A stretch of 64,000 nt of DNA from the IMG/VR virus record IMGVR_UViG_3300015615_000629, positions 288,001 through 352,000 of that record. The stretch is one strand, 5' to 3'. Below, one piece after another: positions 32,454 through 44,141 of the stretch (position 1 is its first letter; each line of letters opens with the position of its first letter). The position numbers were made by a program, and so were the translations under genes. Source of the stretch: a virus. Taxonomy: Duplodnaviria > Heunggongvirae > Uroviricota > Caudoviricetes. The notes below the pieces were generated by a model. It was not told the origin of the DNA and did not search any database. It saw nothing but the letters and a program-made list of their open reading frames with translations.

Positions 32454-33032
32454 TCATCTGATTGCATAGTGAGTCTTTTCGGTGACAAAACTTAATTTCT
32501 TATCTTCTTTCCTTTGTATAAAGCGTCCTGATTCTTCTCTGGGGTCTTTGATGGCGGCTATTTCCTGTCCGGAGCAAACATTTATTCTTTCACGAGGTTC
32601 ATAGGTGCCATTTGATAAACTATTAAAATTTTCCATAAAAGATTCCGACCAGCCGGTTTTCCGGCTTGGAAGCACAAACCGACTCGTCCAAAAATAATTA
32701 AATATGGAGAGACAACCTTTTTCTAAATCTTCAAACATATCAATGATCGGTCCACCCAAACAAAAAGCAAGATGAGGATCTTGATTTGTCAACGGTATTG
32801 GATAAATATGTTCATCTTTGGGATGTCCGAAAATAGTTTTTATAGTGAAAAATCCTTTTTCGTTTGCGACTAGTTCCAATAACAATAAACATTTTGGTAA
32901 TGTTATATTTTTACTAACATTAGGCAACTGGAATAGAAGTGTTCTTTCGTGTGCCTCGTATTCAAGAGACGCATAAAATCTAGTGCCGTTTTTGCCGTAA
33001 AGTGCGTCGTGAGATGCGTGATATTGAATCAT
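32454..33032 (-). CDS. Prok-E2_D-like paralog 14
   Basis: AHERTLLF; ITLP; IPLTN...AFCLGG; FWTSRF. Confidence 0.55.
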   Translation of the reverse strand: MIQYHASHDALYGKNGTRFYASLEYEAHERTLLFQLPNVSKNITLPKCLLLLELVANEKGFFTIKTIFGHPKDEHIYPIPLTNQDPHLAFCLGGPIIDMFEDLEKGCLSIFNYFWTSRFVLPSRKTGWSESFMENFNSLSNGTYEPRERINVCSGQEIAAIKDPREESGRFIQRKEDKKLSFVTEKTHYAIR

Positions 33033-33585
33033 ATCTTTTTCTTCGCTTCTTCGATTACGGACTCTACTTGATCGGCAAATTTTCGAAGGTCTTCAGAAAG
33101 AAGGGGACTATGAAGATGCACCGTGACAAGATTCGATGTCATGATTTGCTTAATATAAATTTCTTTCGTGCTATTTAAGTAAATGTTTGTCCATATTTCG
33201 ACGCCACCTTCAAATTTGAAGGATTGTGCTGCAATTAACTTGTCTGGCGGTGCGGGCGGTTTAAGCGATAATATTCTCTCACGAATCTTGTAACTATATT
33301 CATCCAAATTTTCACTACTGCAAGCAGCGATAAGTCCGTCTGCAAAATCCCTATTTAAGCCTAGATAATTTATCGCACCTTCAACATCATCGTCTTCAAA
33401 ATACTCCGGTTCACCTTCGAATTCAAGAAGAGTAAAGAAAAGACGAAAGTTAGCCACTTTGCATATTGGATGAACAATTGGCAAGCCATCTAAATCACTA
33501 CACCGTAATGATTGGCCGCATTCGGAGATATCGAATTTTACTAGAATTTCGAAAAATTCATCTTCGGTCATCGAAATCTTTCAAA

Positions 33586-33685
33586 TAGGAGCAGAGGGAA
33601 TCGAACCCCCACTTGGAGCTAATCAGGACTCCACCTTACGGCCGAGATTATAAGTCTCGTGTGCTAACCTTTACACCATGCTCCC
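33586..33685 (-). tRNA. tRNA-Ile(TAT) with ~30-nt expanded variable region
   Basis: CGAGA-CTTATAA-TCTCG; GGGAGCA/TGCTCCT; 100 nt. Confidence 0.75.
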
Positions 33686-34283
33686 AATAACTATTTAACC
33701 TTTACTCTATCTTTTAAATCTTGAAATAACTTAACCGGATCAAGTTGCGGTTCGTCATCTTCATCTTCGTCGGCATTGCCCCAAGCCATTTTTGTTTTTG
33801 TATTCCAGGTATTCCCGTCTTTAGGAATATATGCTCGAACGTTTTTACCATCCGAATAGAAAAATATCGAAATGGGCCATTCCCAGTCGCCACCCGCATT
33901 AATTCCCAAAACCGTCAACCCATTGTCTAATGTTCGATACCCAAGTACATCCCGCCATTCTCCATAAGGCTCGGAATTTTCATTTTCGTTGTCGAACTTT
34001 ACTTTACTTAAATCCTTTTCAACAAGTTTACTCAAATGGACGTAACTGCCGCCACTTGCTCTCAATAATGGTTCAATCTGAGCCCTTAGTTCTTCAATAC
34101 TAATCCTTGCTGCAACTCGGCCGGATTCCTTCGCCTTCTCAGGCGTTCCAACCAACGCAGCCAAGCATTTTCTCAATGCTTCTTTGGCTTCTTCCAACGT
34201 CAGATTTTCGATATTCTCAGAAAGCGAGGTTGCCCAATCGGCCGCTTTTGCCATGTTCTTCCTTTGAAAAAGCCTGTTGTGTG

Positions 34284-34312
34284 ATCGTAGCACAATTACA
34301 ACAATTCGTCAA
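34284..34312 (-). promoter_or_regulatory. sigma70-type early promoter
   Basis: TTGACG-N17-TACGAT with TGTGC. Confidence 0.55.
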
Positions 34313-34975
34313 ATTCGTTTTTTGACTAGCCAAATAAACCCTTGCCCTATCAATGCTAAAAGTTCATGTCCAGCAGCAATGACCATCAAAACAAACCACA
34401 AAATAGGCAAAAGCGGAGAAAACAATAAAAGCCCACCCAAGAGAGCATATTCATCTTCATTATTAGGATCTCCACTCCACCGAAACATCCAACCAAACCC
34501 AATAATCGCCACCAAATAACATATGAAGCAATAAATTGCGAAAATTATCATTTGTTCCTAACATCCGTTACCGATATAAATTTTGTCTTTCCATAATGAA
34601 CTAAATACCCATAAACATAAACTTCTCTCTGATCCTTGGCCGCATGACTTAGAACGTTTCCAAGTATCTTTCCCTGCTCAAAAGGTGGTAACAACAAAGT
34701 AACTATTTCCGTCGGCCGTTTCCAATCATCTGGAAAATTGGTTATTAATTGAAACTCACCATCAGCCGGCCAATTAATTTGCCCTTCTGTCTTTATATGA
34801 TAGCCGTTTTCAATTACACCTAAAGGTAATTCTGTCCTATTCTTAGCACTAAACCAAGGCGTAGGGAGATAACCCTTTGGCACGCCATACATTACATGAA
34901 CTAAATATGGAGAAAACGCCGTTGCAGCCAGTAATGCCATGCATACCAACCACATTGAAACTACCGTATACCATT

Positions 34976-36205
34976 TCATTCTGTTACCTTTAATAAAGCA
35001 TATTTACTCTTGCCCGAACGTATAACTATTGCAGCACAGTCGAATTTCAAAAAAGATATATCATTCGTAACGCGACGGTTATTCACGTAAATTCCGCCAT
35101 GTTCAATGCTACGTCGTGCTTCACTTTTACTTTTTGCTAAGCCAACCTTACATATAGCTTCGCTCAACAAAGTTCCAACAACTATATCACAACTTGGAAC
35201 ATTAGAAAATATCTCTTTTAATTGAGCATCATTTAAATCAATTTCTCCACCAAAAAAGATATTCGTTGCTCTTAAAGCAGTCTCTAAACCGCCTTCTCCA
35301 TGTACAATTCTAGTTATTTCTTCTGCCAAACGTTTCTGGCTCGCCCTGTTTCCTGGGTTTTTCTCTCGCTCAGCATCCAAATCTAGAATTTCTTCATGGC
35401 TCAATTCTGTAAAGAATCGGAGGCATTTACCCACATCCGCATCGGCCGTGTTGTACCAAAACTGATAGAATTCGTATGGGTTGGTTCTGTGGGGCGACAA
35501 CCAAATCGCCCCTGATTCGGTTTTCCCCATTTTAGAACCATCAGATTTAGTCAACAAAGGGAAAGTCAGTCCATAAAGTTGAACTTGCTTCGTCCTACGT
35601 GCTAAATCAATCCCCGCCGTAATATTTCCCCATTGATCGCTGCCACCTATTTGCAAAGTACAACCATATTGTTCGTTCAAATAAACAAAGTCATATGCTT
35701 GTAATAGCATGTAACTGAATTCTGTGTAACTCAATCCAGTCTCTAACCTAGATTTAACAGAATCCTTGGACAACATCACATTTACAGGAAAATTCTTGCC
35801 AACATCTCTTAAAAAAGATAAAAAATTGAGGTCTCTAGTCCACCAATGATTGTTTACCCTAATCGGAGAATCAAGAATAAAGTCAAAGGTCTGCAAAATC
35901 GAAGCAATATTGGCTTCGATTACATCTTGAGAAATTAAATTGCGTTCCTCACTCTTGCCACTCGGATCGCCAATCATACCCGTGGCCCCGCCCAAGAGCA
36001 CAATGGGCCGATGGCCTGCCTTCTCAAAACGCCTTAACATTAAAATGGCCATTAAGTGGCCGACATGAAGGCTGTCAGCAGTTGGGTCGAAACCAGCGTA
36101 GAGAGTCTGACTTTTAGATAAGTCAATTGCTGGCTCGGTGGATTGGTGAATCAATCCACGCCATTTTAGATCGTCAAGGAGATTCATTGTTTCCTTTGTG
36201 TCCAA
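34976..36205 (-). CDS. tyrS: Tyrosyl-tRNA synthetase
   Basis: YAGFDPTADSLHVGH; QIGGSDQWGNI; KMGKT; C-terminal S4-like domain. Confidence 0.97.
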   Translation of the reverse strand: MDTKETMNLLDDLKWRGLIHQSTEPAIDLSKSQTLYAGFDPTADSLHVGHLMAILMLRRFEKAGHRPIVLLGGATGMIGDPSGKSEERNLISQDVIEANIASILQTFDFILDSPIRVNNHWWTRDLNFLSFLRDVGKNFPVNVMLSKDSVKSRLETGLSYTEFSYMLLQAYDFVYLNEQYGCTLQIGGSDQWGNITAGIDLARRTKQVQLYGLTFPLLTKSDGSKMGKTESGAIWLSPHRTNPYEFYQFWYNTADADVGKCLRFFTELSHEEILDLDAEREKNPGNRASQKRLAEEITRIVHGEGGLETALRATNIFFGGEIDLNDAQLKEIFSNVPSCDIVVGTLLSEAICKVGLAKSKSEARRSIEHGGIYVNNRRVTNDISFLKFDCAAIVIRSGKSKYALLKVTE

Positions 36206-39145
36206 TACCTTTTGCGTTGTAATCGAAATCCTCTAGATTGTATTGTTTAAAATTGTTTTTTTCTGCCCATTGGTTGTGTTGTATTAAGTCTTGCCTAATT
36301 CTTTCAATGGCTACCGGAATGCCTTTTTCTATTGCTTCCTGAACAATCGACATTATATTAATTGCACAAGGCAACGCTAAGGCATCCTCAACCTTATAAT
36401 GTACGGCCAAAAAATAGCCTAACGCACCCACCAAACGATCTTCGTCTGTGTTCAAGCCTATTGGAAACTTAAGCAGATTCATTTTTAACCTGTTTCATAT
36501 TTTCGTGTAACTTGTCAAGAGCATCCGCGAAAGCAGTGAACCCTTCAATATCTTTAAATCTTTCTCTTAACCCAAGTGAATCTCTGCCCTGTGGTCCCTC
36601 CTCTGCGAGGCAGTGTGAATATGCTTCTACCGCATTTTTCAAGCCGGAATCGCCCAACTCCAATGGCGAGAGGCTTGTTTTCATAAAAACAACCGTACAG
36701 AATTGACTATAATTTGGCTCGCCAAGAGTATGGGGAGCGTAATACATCTGACCGAAGACATCCTCAAATATGAAGCCATGTGCCCTGACTTTTAAAAGGC
36801 TCACGACATGGCTATCAAGACATTCGTAACAATATTCGCCATCTGGTAGACCTATACGTGCATATTGCCCATCAAATTTCGTTGAACCATATCCACCATA
36901 ACAAAAACCATGACGGACAATCTCCCCATCCGGACATAACATTGCCCCACTTTCACTAGGCCCTAAATCTTTAATCTGCTTTCCGCAGTGGTCGCAAGTT
37001 CTCATTTTTGAACCTGTTTTGGTATTTCTCTAAAAGAACGTTTTTATCAAGCGTGTTGATTAGCCAATCTTCAAATAAATCTGCAAACAATTCGGAATTA
37101 TATTTGTCGTCCTCGTCACATTGACAGACATAAATTCCCTCTGCGTCTTCCCATAACCCGTAAATTATACTCTTGTTGCGTCTATATTTAATGGTTGCTA
37201 GTCGTTCGCCCTTTCTCCAGGTAACAACTCCCATCGCACAACAACGAAGGTCAAGCAATTCCTTGGCCGCAGCCGGAAGGGACTTGGTGAACATTATTGT
37301 TTTTCCCATTCATAAACGGGTTGTATCCAATCGGTTTGCTGCCAAGCAGGCGGTGTTCTAGGGCCTTTTTTGTATAGGTTTATTTTGGGAATTTCTTTCT
37401 CGCCATAGAAACATATCTCGCCAAATTGGAAGGGCCGAAAATCATCATCCCAGTTGTTGTCAAGATTGATTCCTGCTACCAAATTTTCTTTTATAAAATC
37501 TGTTGAAAAATTGTCTGGGTGGAGATATCCATAAACTACTTCTTCGCCCTCCAATTTCGCCATTACGGCATGTACACCATCTGCACCGTAATCGGTTAGT
37601 TTAAATGGGAACCAACTTTTAATGGCTTTTCCATCTACTTCTTTAGGGAAGTTCAGATGTGGCCCCTTCCACCAATCTAAGTAGTTTACATCCCACGGGA
37701 AGACGGCTTCCTCGAATCTATCAACTTCTTTAAGAACTAAGATATCATTAGCCAACGATTCGCAAACTGGGTCTACCAAATATTTATATGGAATCTTTCC
37801 CAAGATATCAACAGCAAAGTCAAGATTGACCCACCAAACTGCATATTTTGCAATCTTGACATGAAAGCCAAAATAATCTTCTTTGGTTTCAAATTTGGCG
37901 GTTGATATTACTTCTTCAAATTTACTTTGGGCTTCTTTCTTGCGACCTTTTTGAAGTAAATATATTACTTCTTTTGCTTGATAATTACTCGAATCCCCAA
38001 GCCAGTCGTTCACATCTATTCCTTTACATGATAGGTTTGTCCACAAGTAGGACAAACCCTTGCCGAAGCTCTTGATTTCTTTATGTTTTCAAAATATGTA
38101 GACTGTCTTCCGATAACGATAGAAAACGTTTCAGCAAGAAAAAACGCCAAAACGAAAAGAAGCGGTATTGAAAAAGTAAGCCATAGCGGCGGCGAATCAT
38201 ACTTTTTAGTTAGAAAACGTGGAAGTTTCATGTTAAATCTCTAAAGGAAAGTTTACCGCCAATGTCCAATATCTAACATATTATCTGACCTAAACCCTAA
38301 GCCCGAATCCTCTATGCCAAATTCATACTTCTTCTGTGCATCCCAAATCGCTAGAATTCCAGCGTCTACGGGAAAACCCATAGGAAATTCTAAAGACAAA
38401 ACCGTAACGCCAATTATGTCATACTTTTTCATCATTTGGAATAAAGTATAAGCCCACATAACCGCTTCCGCAGGCGTCCGAGACATATAAGCCAAAAACA
38501 AAAGGGCTGGTAACGTTACCCTCGGCTCATATCCGTTGTTCCTGCAAGAAAGCGATAGCCTATCCCATAGAATCTGCAATATCGGATGATTATCCCTTAC
38601 CTGCTCATCTGTGGCTATTTTAATCTCCTGTATATCGGCCATCATACACTTTATAAATACTTCCGATTGCTCCATGCTCATCGGAACACGTTGGTTTGAT
38701 GGCACATCCGTTAAGGATTTGATATCGAATTCTTTTTCGTCAACAAAAACAGTCATTACGGAGCAATTCCTATTTTAAAAGCAACAAAACAATAAACTTT
38801 TTCATTCTACTCTCCTGGCGGATAAATGCCACGACTAGGGCTATATTGAAGCGGTAAACAGTAACCTATTTTGTAGCCCCCACCAACCATAGCAACCCAA
38901 TAATAATTTCTATTCCATAATTTCAAGACGGTCGCCAATAATCTTACCGGCCAATAAGTCCAGTTACCCCAAAGAGTAAAAGGAAAACGCCGGCTCGTCT
39001 TAAGGCTGAGTTTTCCAGGTGTTTTCATCGCCCAATGGGTGGAAAATACATTGCTGCCGGTTGTCTGATACCAAATTCCATCCTTTGGCAACTGCTTTTT
39101 GATATCTTCGACCCATTTGTGGACTTCGTCTAATCTCATTGTTTT

Positions 39146-39173
39146 ACCCTAGCACAAAAAATACGATTTTCAA
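39146..39173 (-). promoter_or_regulatory. sigma70-type promoter (weaker match)
   Basis: TTGAAA-N16-TAGGGT with TGTGC. Confidence 0.4.
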
Positions 39174-40658
39174 CCTTGATCGATCATCGCAGCGAGCACT
39201 TCCTTTTTAGGAACAAAACCTAGTTCTTTAAATAAGGCTTTACAAGGCTCAACTCCATATGTTACGTTGGTAAAGCCCGACTCATTCTCCAGCACGCAGG
39301 ACAGGGGCGTTGTTTTAAAGCCACGTGCGAACGAATCAGAAGTGTCATGATTAACATCAAATACATAAACAGGCAGTGGCCAGGATTCAAAATAAATTTG
39401 CAAATCATCTAGAAGAGCCAAATCGTATGTGGAATAAGTCGATATGCCAATTACAAGGGATTTTTCATCCGGAATCTTTTCAAATAATTTGTATTTGCTG
39501 TTCTTAACCACTTCCGGAAATAAAGTAGCAGCCTCTTTTTGAACCTCCGCTGGATGTCTTTCCGATGGTTGCAACAAATTGCCAAACATATTGGACGCTT
39601 TAAGTCGAGAAGATAAATCTTTTATCCCATCTATTTGAGCGTCCAAGTCTTTCCTTAACGATTGCTTTCTCTCCGGATCACTACACTTCTTATATTCTTC
39701 GTTTACGTAAACCGTATGTCTTAAAAATGCTTCCAAATAAGAAAGAGATTGAATAGACTCTGGATTTTCCCGAATTAATTCACGAATTCTGCCGTATATT
39801 TGTTCCATAGTGCTATCAATAGATGGCACGCTCTCTCTTTCCTTTTTACGACGCTTCTCTACAAGGCTAACTGCAACGATTCCAAGCGTAAATCCAATGG
39901 CTCCTAAGAAGAGCAAGATTGTCATTATCTGTCCCCCATGCTGGTGCCCGAACCGGCTATCCCAAATATAATGAAAATTATCGCAAATAAAATCAAAGCC
40001 AAGACATCATTGCTCATAGTCCCAACCCTTTGTATTTTTTGGAAATGGCGGCGATAACCTAGACCACTTTTCGACCAATTCATGGATATCTTTAAGACAT
40101 TGATCTGGATTATCCGTATTTCTTATCTCTAACGGAAAAGTCCATCCATAACCATCGTCAATTTCCCTTTCGCCATTACGTAATCCTTGTTGAACTACTA
40201 CAGTCCTAAACCGCCACGGTTCATCCGCCGTGCCTTCCCCATGATACTGTCCAGAATCAACAAACAACCCGTTTCCAAGGATGATACATACCATGTCTTC
40301 ATCCCAACATGACAAATCCGGCTCTATTGTAAAATTATTCCACCATACCCAATACTTCGGTATATCCGATGAAAAATTAAGTTGTCGTAAATAAGGATAA
40401 GCAGAAGAATCAAAACTCTCCCGCCCTTCACAAAACGATAAAACTTCTTCTAAACCGTTTTTAAATGTCATTTCATTCTAACTATTTGATAGTCTTTATA
40501 TCGCTTGTTTAACTTGTAAATTGCCTCATATTGATCCCGTGCTTGAATCGTTACACCAATATAAGAACGATTCTTTGTTCTAATCCTAAAAGTAAATCTC
40601 TTTTGGGACGAACCAGAACAAAACAGCAAACAAACCAGAAGTAGAATTATCTTGCGAC

Positions 40659-40805
40659 TCATGTTTCGGAAATTCCGCCTAAAAGCCACCTGAAGAACAA
40701 GTCGAGCCCCAAATGCTGTTTATATCTCGGTTCTTCCATTCGAGTGTCATGATCTAATTGTAAACTGTCTTTAAGACGCTCAATTAACTCAATTTTATTG
40801 GTCAT
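40659..40805 (-). CDS. 48-aa microprotein A (not in ORF track)
   Basis: MTNKIELIERLKDSLQ...FFRWLLGGISET; ATGA coupling on both sides; paralog of 41260-41406. Confidence 0.65.
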   Translation of the reverse strand: MTNKIELIERLKDSLQLDHDTRMEEPRYKQHLGLDLFFRWLLGGISET

Positions 40806-41263
40806 TGAATAATCTCCATCGAATTTTCTACTTCAAAAACATTTAATAATTCATCTACATTCGGCCTAACATTTTTACCCGAATGGTAAGAATATCCACC
40901 CGAAATCTTCTCGACGCTTCCCAAAAGCATCATTCTTATCTTCAGACCGCCAGGAGTTTTTGCAACAAATGATATCGGTCTCCCAAAATCTAAAGGATCA
41001 TAGTCAAACTCAACTATTTTTAACCGCGTTCCAGTTTTTAAAATTCGGTTTTTCGGTTTTTTATCATAATTATACTTACAAGCAAATGTTCCGGAAATAT
41101 ACGTTACACTACTTGTTCTCCCGAAAAACACTACGTCAATTCTTGTGATTAATTCGGTTCCCACATCCAATAAAAATCCAGCATCTTGCTTGCCATCTTC
41201 TGCAAGAGCCCCAGATGATATGAAAATTATCCATAACAAAAATACGGTTTTAAAATGTTTCAT
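40802..41263 (-). CDS. Exported protein, distant relative of the 27232/46558 family
   Basis: Signal peptide MKHFKTVFLLW..ALA; G..LIT..D; RILKTGTRLKI. Confidence 0.5.
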   Translation of the reverse strand: MKHFKTVFLLWIIFISSGALAEDGKQDAGFLLDVGTELITRIDVVFFGRTSSVTYISGTFACKYNYDKKPKNRILKTGTRLKIVEFDYDPLDFGRPISFVAKTPGGLKIRMMLLGSVEKISGGYSYHSGKNVRPNVDELLNVFEVENSMEIIQ

Positions 41264-41406
41264 ACTGGTTGCTTGCCTTTTATGTAAATATTTCCAATTA
41301 ACCACTCGATAAATCCTAAAAGGCCCTGTCGTTCATGCTCCGAATCTTCAATATCGGTTTGTAAGCCATCCTTAAGACGCTCGATTAATTCAATTTTATT
41401 GGACAT
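41260..41406 (-). CDS. 48-aa microprotein B (not in ORF track)
   Basis: MSNKIELIERLKDGLQ...FIEWLIGNIYIKGKQPV. Confidence 0.65.
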   Translation of the reverse strand: MSNKIELIERLKDGLQTDIEDSEHERQGLLGFIEWLIGNIYIKGKQPV

Positions 41407-41424
41407 TATGCTTGAAAAACTCAG

Positions 41425-42057
41425 TTAAGTGATCATGGCACCTTCTTCTAATGGGCGACTTTCCAATATCCACCCACTTTCAAGCCCTCCTGAACCCTCA
41501 ACCGTAATAGCAGCCGTTGTTCCAGAACTTATATTATCAAATTCTTTTCCATATGCGGAAATAGATTTTATTTTGAAATTAACCTGCCTTATTTTCTCGA
41601 TTTGAACAAAACCAGCAGGACCATAAAGAACCGCTTTGTTAAATTCATCTCCTACTCGAATCTCACAATCCCCATTACGACCAACAATCACATTACCTTT
41701 TGCCTCTACAATATAGAATTCTTTTATAGGTCTCGCAGTAAATAAACATACAATTCTGTTAAATACAGATAATTCATTTGGATAAATTTCTTCAAAACTT
41801 TCGTCGTATGCCGGTTCTGAACAAGGAGGGCTTATAATAGAGAGTCCAAACTCGGTTACTTGAGTCGGTTTGTTGGTGTCGGCCGGCTTCTTGAATGAAA
41901 CTACTAGTCGAATACCATTTACACCGGCCGTTTTACCGAAAGGATTGAATATGTCCAAAAACCAAGCCCCATTAGGATTTTTTGGGCGGTCTAGAACGAA
42001 GCCACATTTAGGAAACCGGTTTTTAAGCCTGTCCTGCAGATGTTCAATAGGTGTCAT
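41425..42057 (-). CDS. Two-domain protein: N-terminal paralog of 42044-42313 plus possible EF-Tu domain II-like beta-barrel
   Basis: MTPIE.L..RL..RFP...LDRPK...G.WF.D shared; C-terminal IVGR...I.VGD...IKSI..YGK....SG. Confidence 0.45.
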   Translation of the reverse strand: MTPIEHLQDRLKNRFPKCGFVLDRPKNPNGAWFLDIFNPFGKTAGVNGIRLVVSFKKPADTNKPTQVTEFGLSIISPPCSEPAYDESFEEIYPNELSVFNRIVCLFTARPIKEFYIVEAKGNVIVGRNGDCEIRVGDEFNKAVLYGPAGFVQIEKIRQVNFKIKSISAYGKEFDNISSGTTAAITVEGSGGLESGWILESRPLEEGAMIT

Positions 42058-42313
42058 ATGCTATCCCTAGTAAAGATACCACTCGGTCGTAAACAGCATC
42101 TTCAGATAAAAAAGCCTCGTCACACCCCTCGCCATACAAGCCGCCACGGGATACGCCAAACCCTTTAGACTCCTGCCAGCAAACAATAATTTGCCGTCCA
42201 ACGACAACATCCATAAACCAAATTCCAGATTCTAGTTTTGGACGATCAAGATAGATGTCGCCTTCCGGAAAGCGACTTTCAAGCCGATTCTTAAGAGATT
42301 CAATGGGTGTCAT
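42044..42313 (-). CDS. Hypothetical protein, tandem paralog of the 41425 N-terminus
   Basis: Clear sequence similarity. Confidence 0.6.
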   Translation of the reverse strand: MTPIESLKNRLESRFPEGDIYLDRPKLESGIWFMDVVVGRQIIVCWQESKGFGVSRGGLYGEGCDEAFLSEDAVYDRVVSLLGIAYDTY

Positions 42314-42319
42314 TAACCC

Positions 42320-42348
42320 AATATAGCACAGATGTCAGAACTAGTAAA
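42320..42348 (-). promoter_or_regulatory. sigma70-type early promoter
   Basis: TTTACT-N17-TATATT with TGTGC. Confidence 0.5.
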
Positions 42349-42694
42349 CTAGTTGTTGTAGCCGCCAACCCTAGTTACAATGTACATGGCTGTACCTTCT
42401 GATTCGCCAACAGCAATAAATCCAGCAAAATTCCCATCATCGTCCGGAATCATAGCAGCCACTTGTACTGCCCCTGTCCCGATACCAGTTAATATCACAA
42501 CGTAATTAGAAGGTGGCCCAGGCAAAGGATTTCGAAAAGTTACCGTTCCAAGACCATCACTAGGAGGACTACCTAGCGAGTCATCTACCTCCATTCTGCC
42601 CGCCACTAAAATTAATGGAATGCTGTTCAATTCATTAATGGATAATTTTCTTGACGCTCCAGTACCCGTTCCTGTTACCGATGTTCCTGCCATA

Positions 42695-43459
42695 TTACTC
42701 CAAATTTATGTTAAAACTGTTTTCTACCAACTTAGTTCGCCTATTGCGAAATTCTGGGGCTAAACATAATCTTTCGCCTAATTGATATTTATCATACATT
42801 TTTTTAAAATAATTCAAATTATACATCTTTCCTGTTGGTGAATTTATCAACTTCTTCATTATGTCTCGACGAACATAACTCATGTGGTGTATTATAAACT
42901 CATCTTCATTGAAAATACGAAATTTATCGTATTTAGCAGGCGTCCTTGTCCTCTCCATAGGATAAGGAAATGCTTTATTTGGCTGATATAATACCCTAAC
43001 AGGCTGTATGAGTGACACCACATGCTTCGTAGGAGGCGTTACATGCCATGTAGGTTCCTTAAAGTATGTGTAATTCATTACGATTGAACAATCGTAATCT
43101 TGCTCCAAAAAAGCATTTTTTGAAAAATATAACTGCTCAGGAGCATAGAACTCGTCCACATCTGCAGCAATATGATGCGTACAACCAGCCTTAACCGATT
43201 TTTCTACACCTAAATTACGTATAGCTAGCTCATTAACCTTTGAATCAACTTTAAGATCGGGTTTGAAAAGGATTAATTTATCAATTAATCCTTCTTGAAC
43301 TAACGGCTCTAAGATTAGTTCAGGCTGAGCCGTATTACCAAAATAAGAAACATTTTGGTAGAAAACCGAGACGAAATCTAGTTGGTCTCGAATAGGACGT
43401 AAAACAAATTCAAGTAGTTCTTCGCCCTCAAATACTGGATAAGATATACCTAGCTTCAT
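42695..43459 (-). CDS. Glycosyltransferase (GT-A/GT2-like)
   Basis: RN.G; THHIAADVDEFY DxD motif; HHMSYVR. Confidence 0.7.
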   Translation of the reverse strand: MKLGISYPVFEGEELLEFVLRPIRDQLDFVSVFYQNVSYFGNTAQPELILEPLVQEGLIDKLILFKPDLKVDSKVNELAIRNLGVEKSVKAGCTHHIAADVDEFYAPEQLYFSKNAFLEQDYDCSIVMNYTYFKEPTWHVTPPTKHVVSLIQPVRVLYQPNKAFPYPMERTRTPAKYDKFRIFNEDEFIIHHMSYVRRDIMKKLINSPTGKMYNLNYFKKMYDKYQLGERLCLAPEFRNRRTKLVENSFNINLE

Positions 43460-43462
43460 AAA

Positions 43463-43996
43463 CTATTTTAGCATAGGCAGCAAAAATTTAGATCGATGAT
43501 CGCATTGCATTTTTCTTAAAGCTTTGTCAAATATCTGTTTGGCCCTTGTTTGAGTTACATTAAACATTTCGCCTAATTCAGCAAAAGTTTTTATCGTTCC
43601 ATCTAATCCAAACCTGAATTTTAAAATTTCTTTCTCTCTTGCCTCTAGTGTTTCTAAAACTTTTCTAATTATTTCGGCGTTTTCTTTCTCAACCAATCTT
43701 GCATGTGGTAATGGTAAAGAGTCGGCAATCTTGACCGACCTAAGAGGTCTTGCGAATGTTAGAAAATCCGTATTGCTTTCCGGAAACAACTCAACCATTG
43801 TCTTTCCGGTTAGTTCAAAAAGTGGTTTTTCTAGTTTCTGCCAAAATGGAAAATCCCGTTTCGGCCGAAACCGCATGTTGCACAGAGAACTAAGGGTAGT
43901 TTGACTAATCTTAAGATAATTAGCCAATGCGACTTGTCCACCCAACCGCTTGGCCGCCGCAAATAAAACAGGATGTTTTAACTCGGCACGTAGCAT
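43463..43996 (-). CDS. HTH + sigma70 region 4 protein
   Basis: N-terminal XRE-like HTH; L..REKEILKFRFGLDG..KTF.ELG..FNVT..R.KQI..KALRK. Confidence 0.85.
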   Translation of the reverse strand: MLRAELKHPVLFAAAKRLGGQVALANYLKISQTTLSSLCNMRFRPKRDFPFWQKLEKPLFELTGKTMVELFPESNTDFLTFARPLRSVKIADSLPLPHARLVEKENAEIIRKVLETLEAREKEILKFRFGLDGTIKTFAELGEMFNVTQTRAKQIFDKALRKMQCDHRSKFLLPMLK

Positions 43997-44043
43997 GTAG
44001 CGTGAGAAAAAACGGGCTAGCGTCCAATGATGGGAGAAAGTCT

Positions 44044-44071
44044 ATTGTAGCACATCTAGACCGTGTGACAA
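44044..44071 (-). promoter_or_regulatory. sigma70-type early promoter
   Basis: TTGTCA-N16-TACAAT with TGTGC. Confidence 0.6.
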
Positions 44072-44141
44072 GCCCGCAGCCAGAATCGAACTGGCATCAG
44101 GAAGGTACGAACTTCCCATTCTACCATTAAACTATACGGGC
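44071..44141 (-). tRNA. tRNA-Thr(CGT)
   Basis: GGAAG-TTCGTAC-CTTCC; TTCGATT. Confidence 0.85.
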
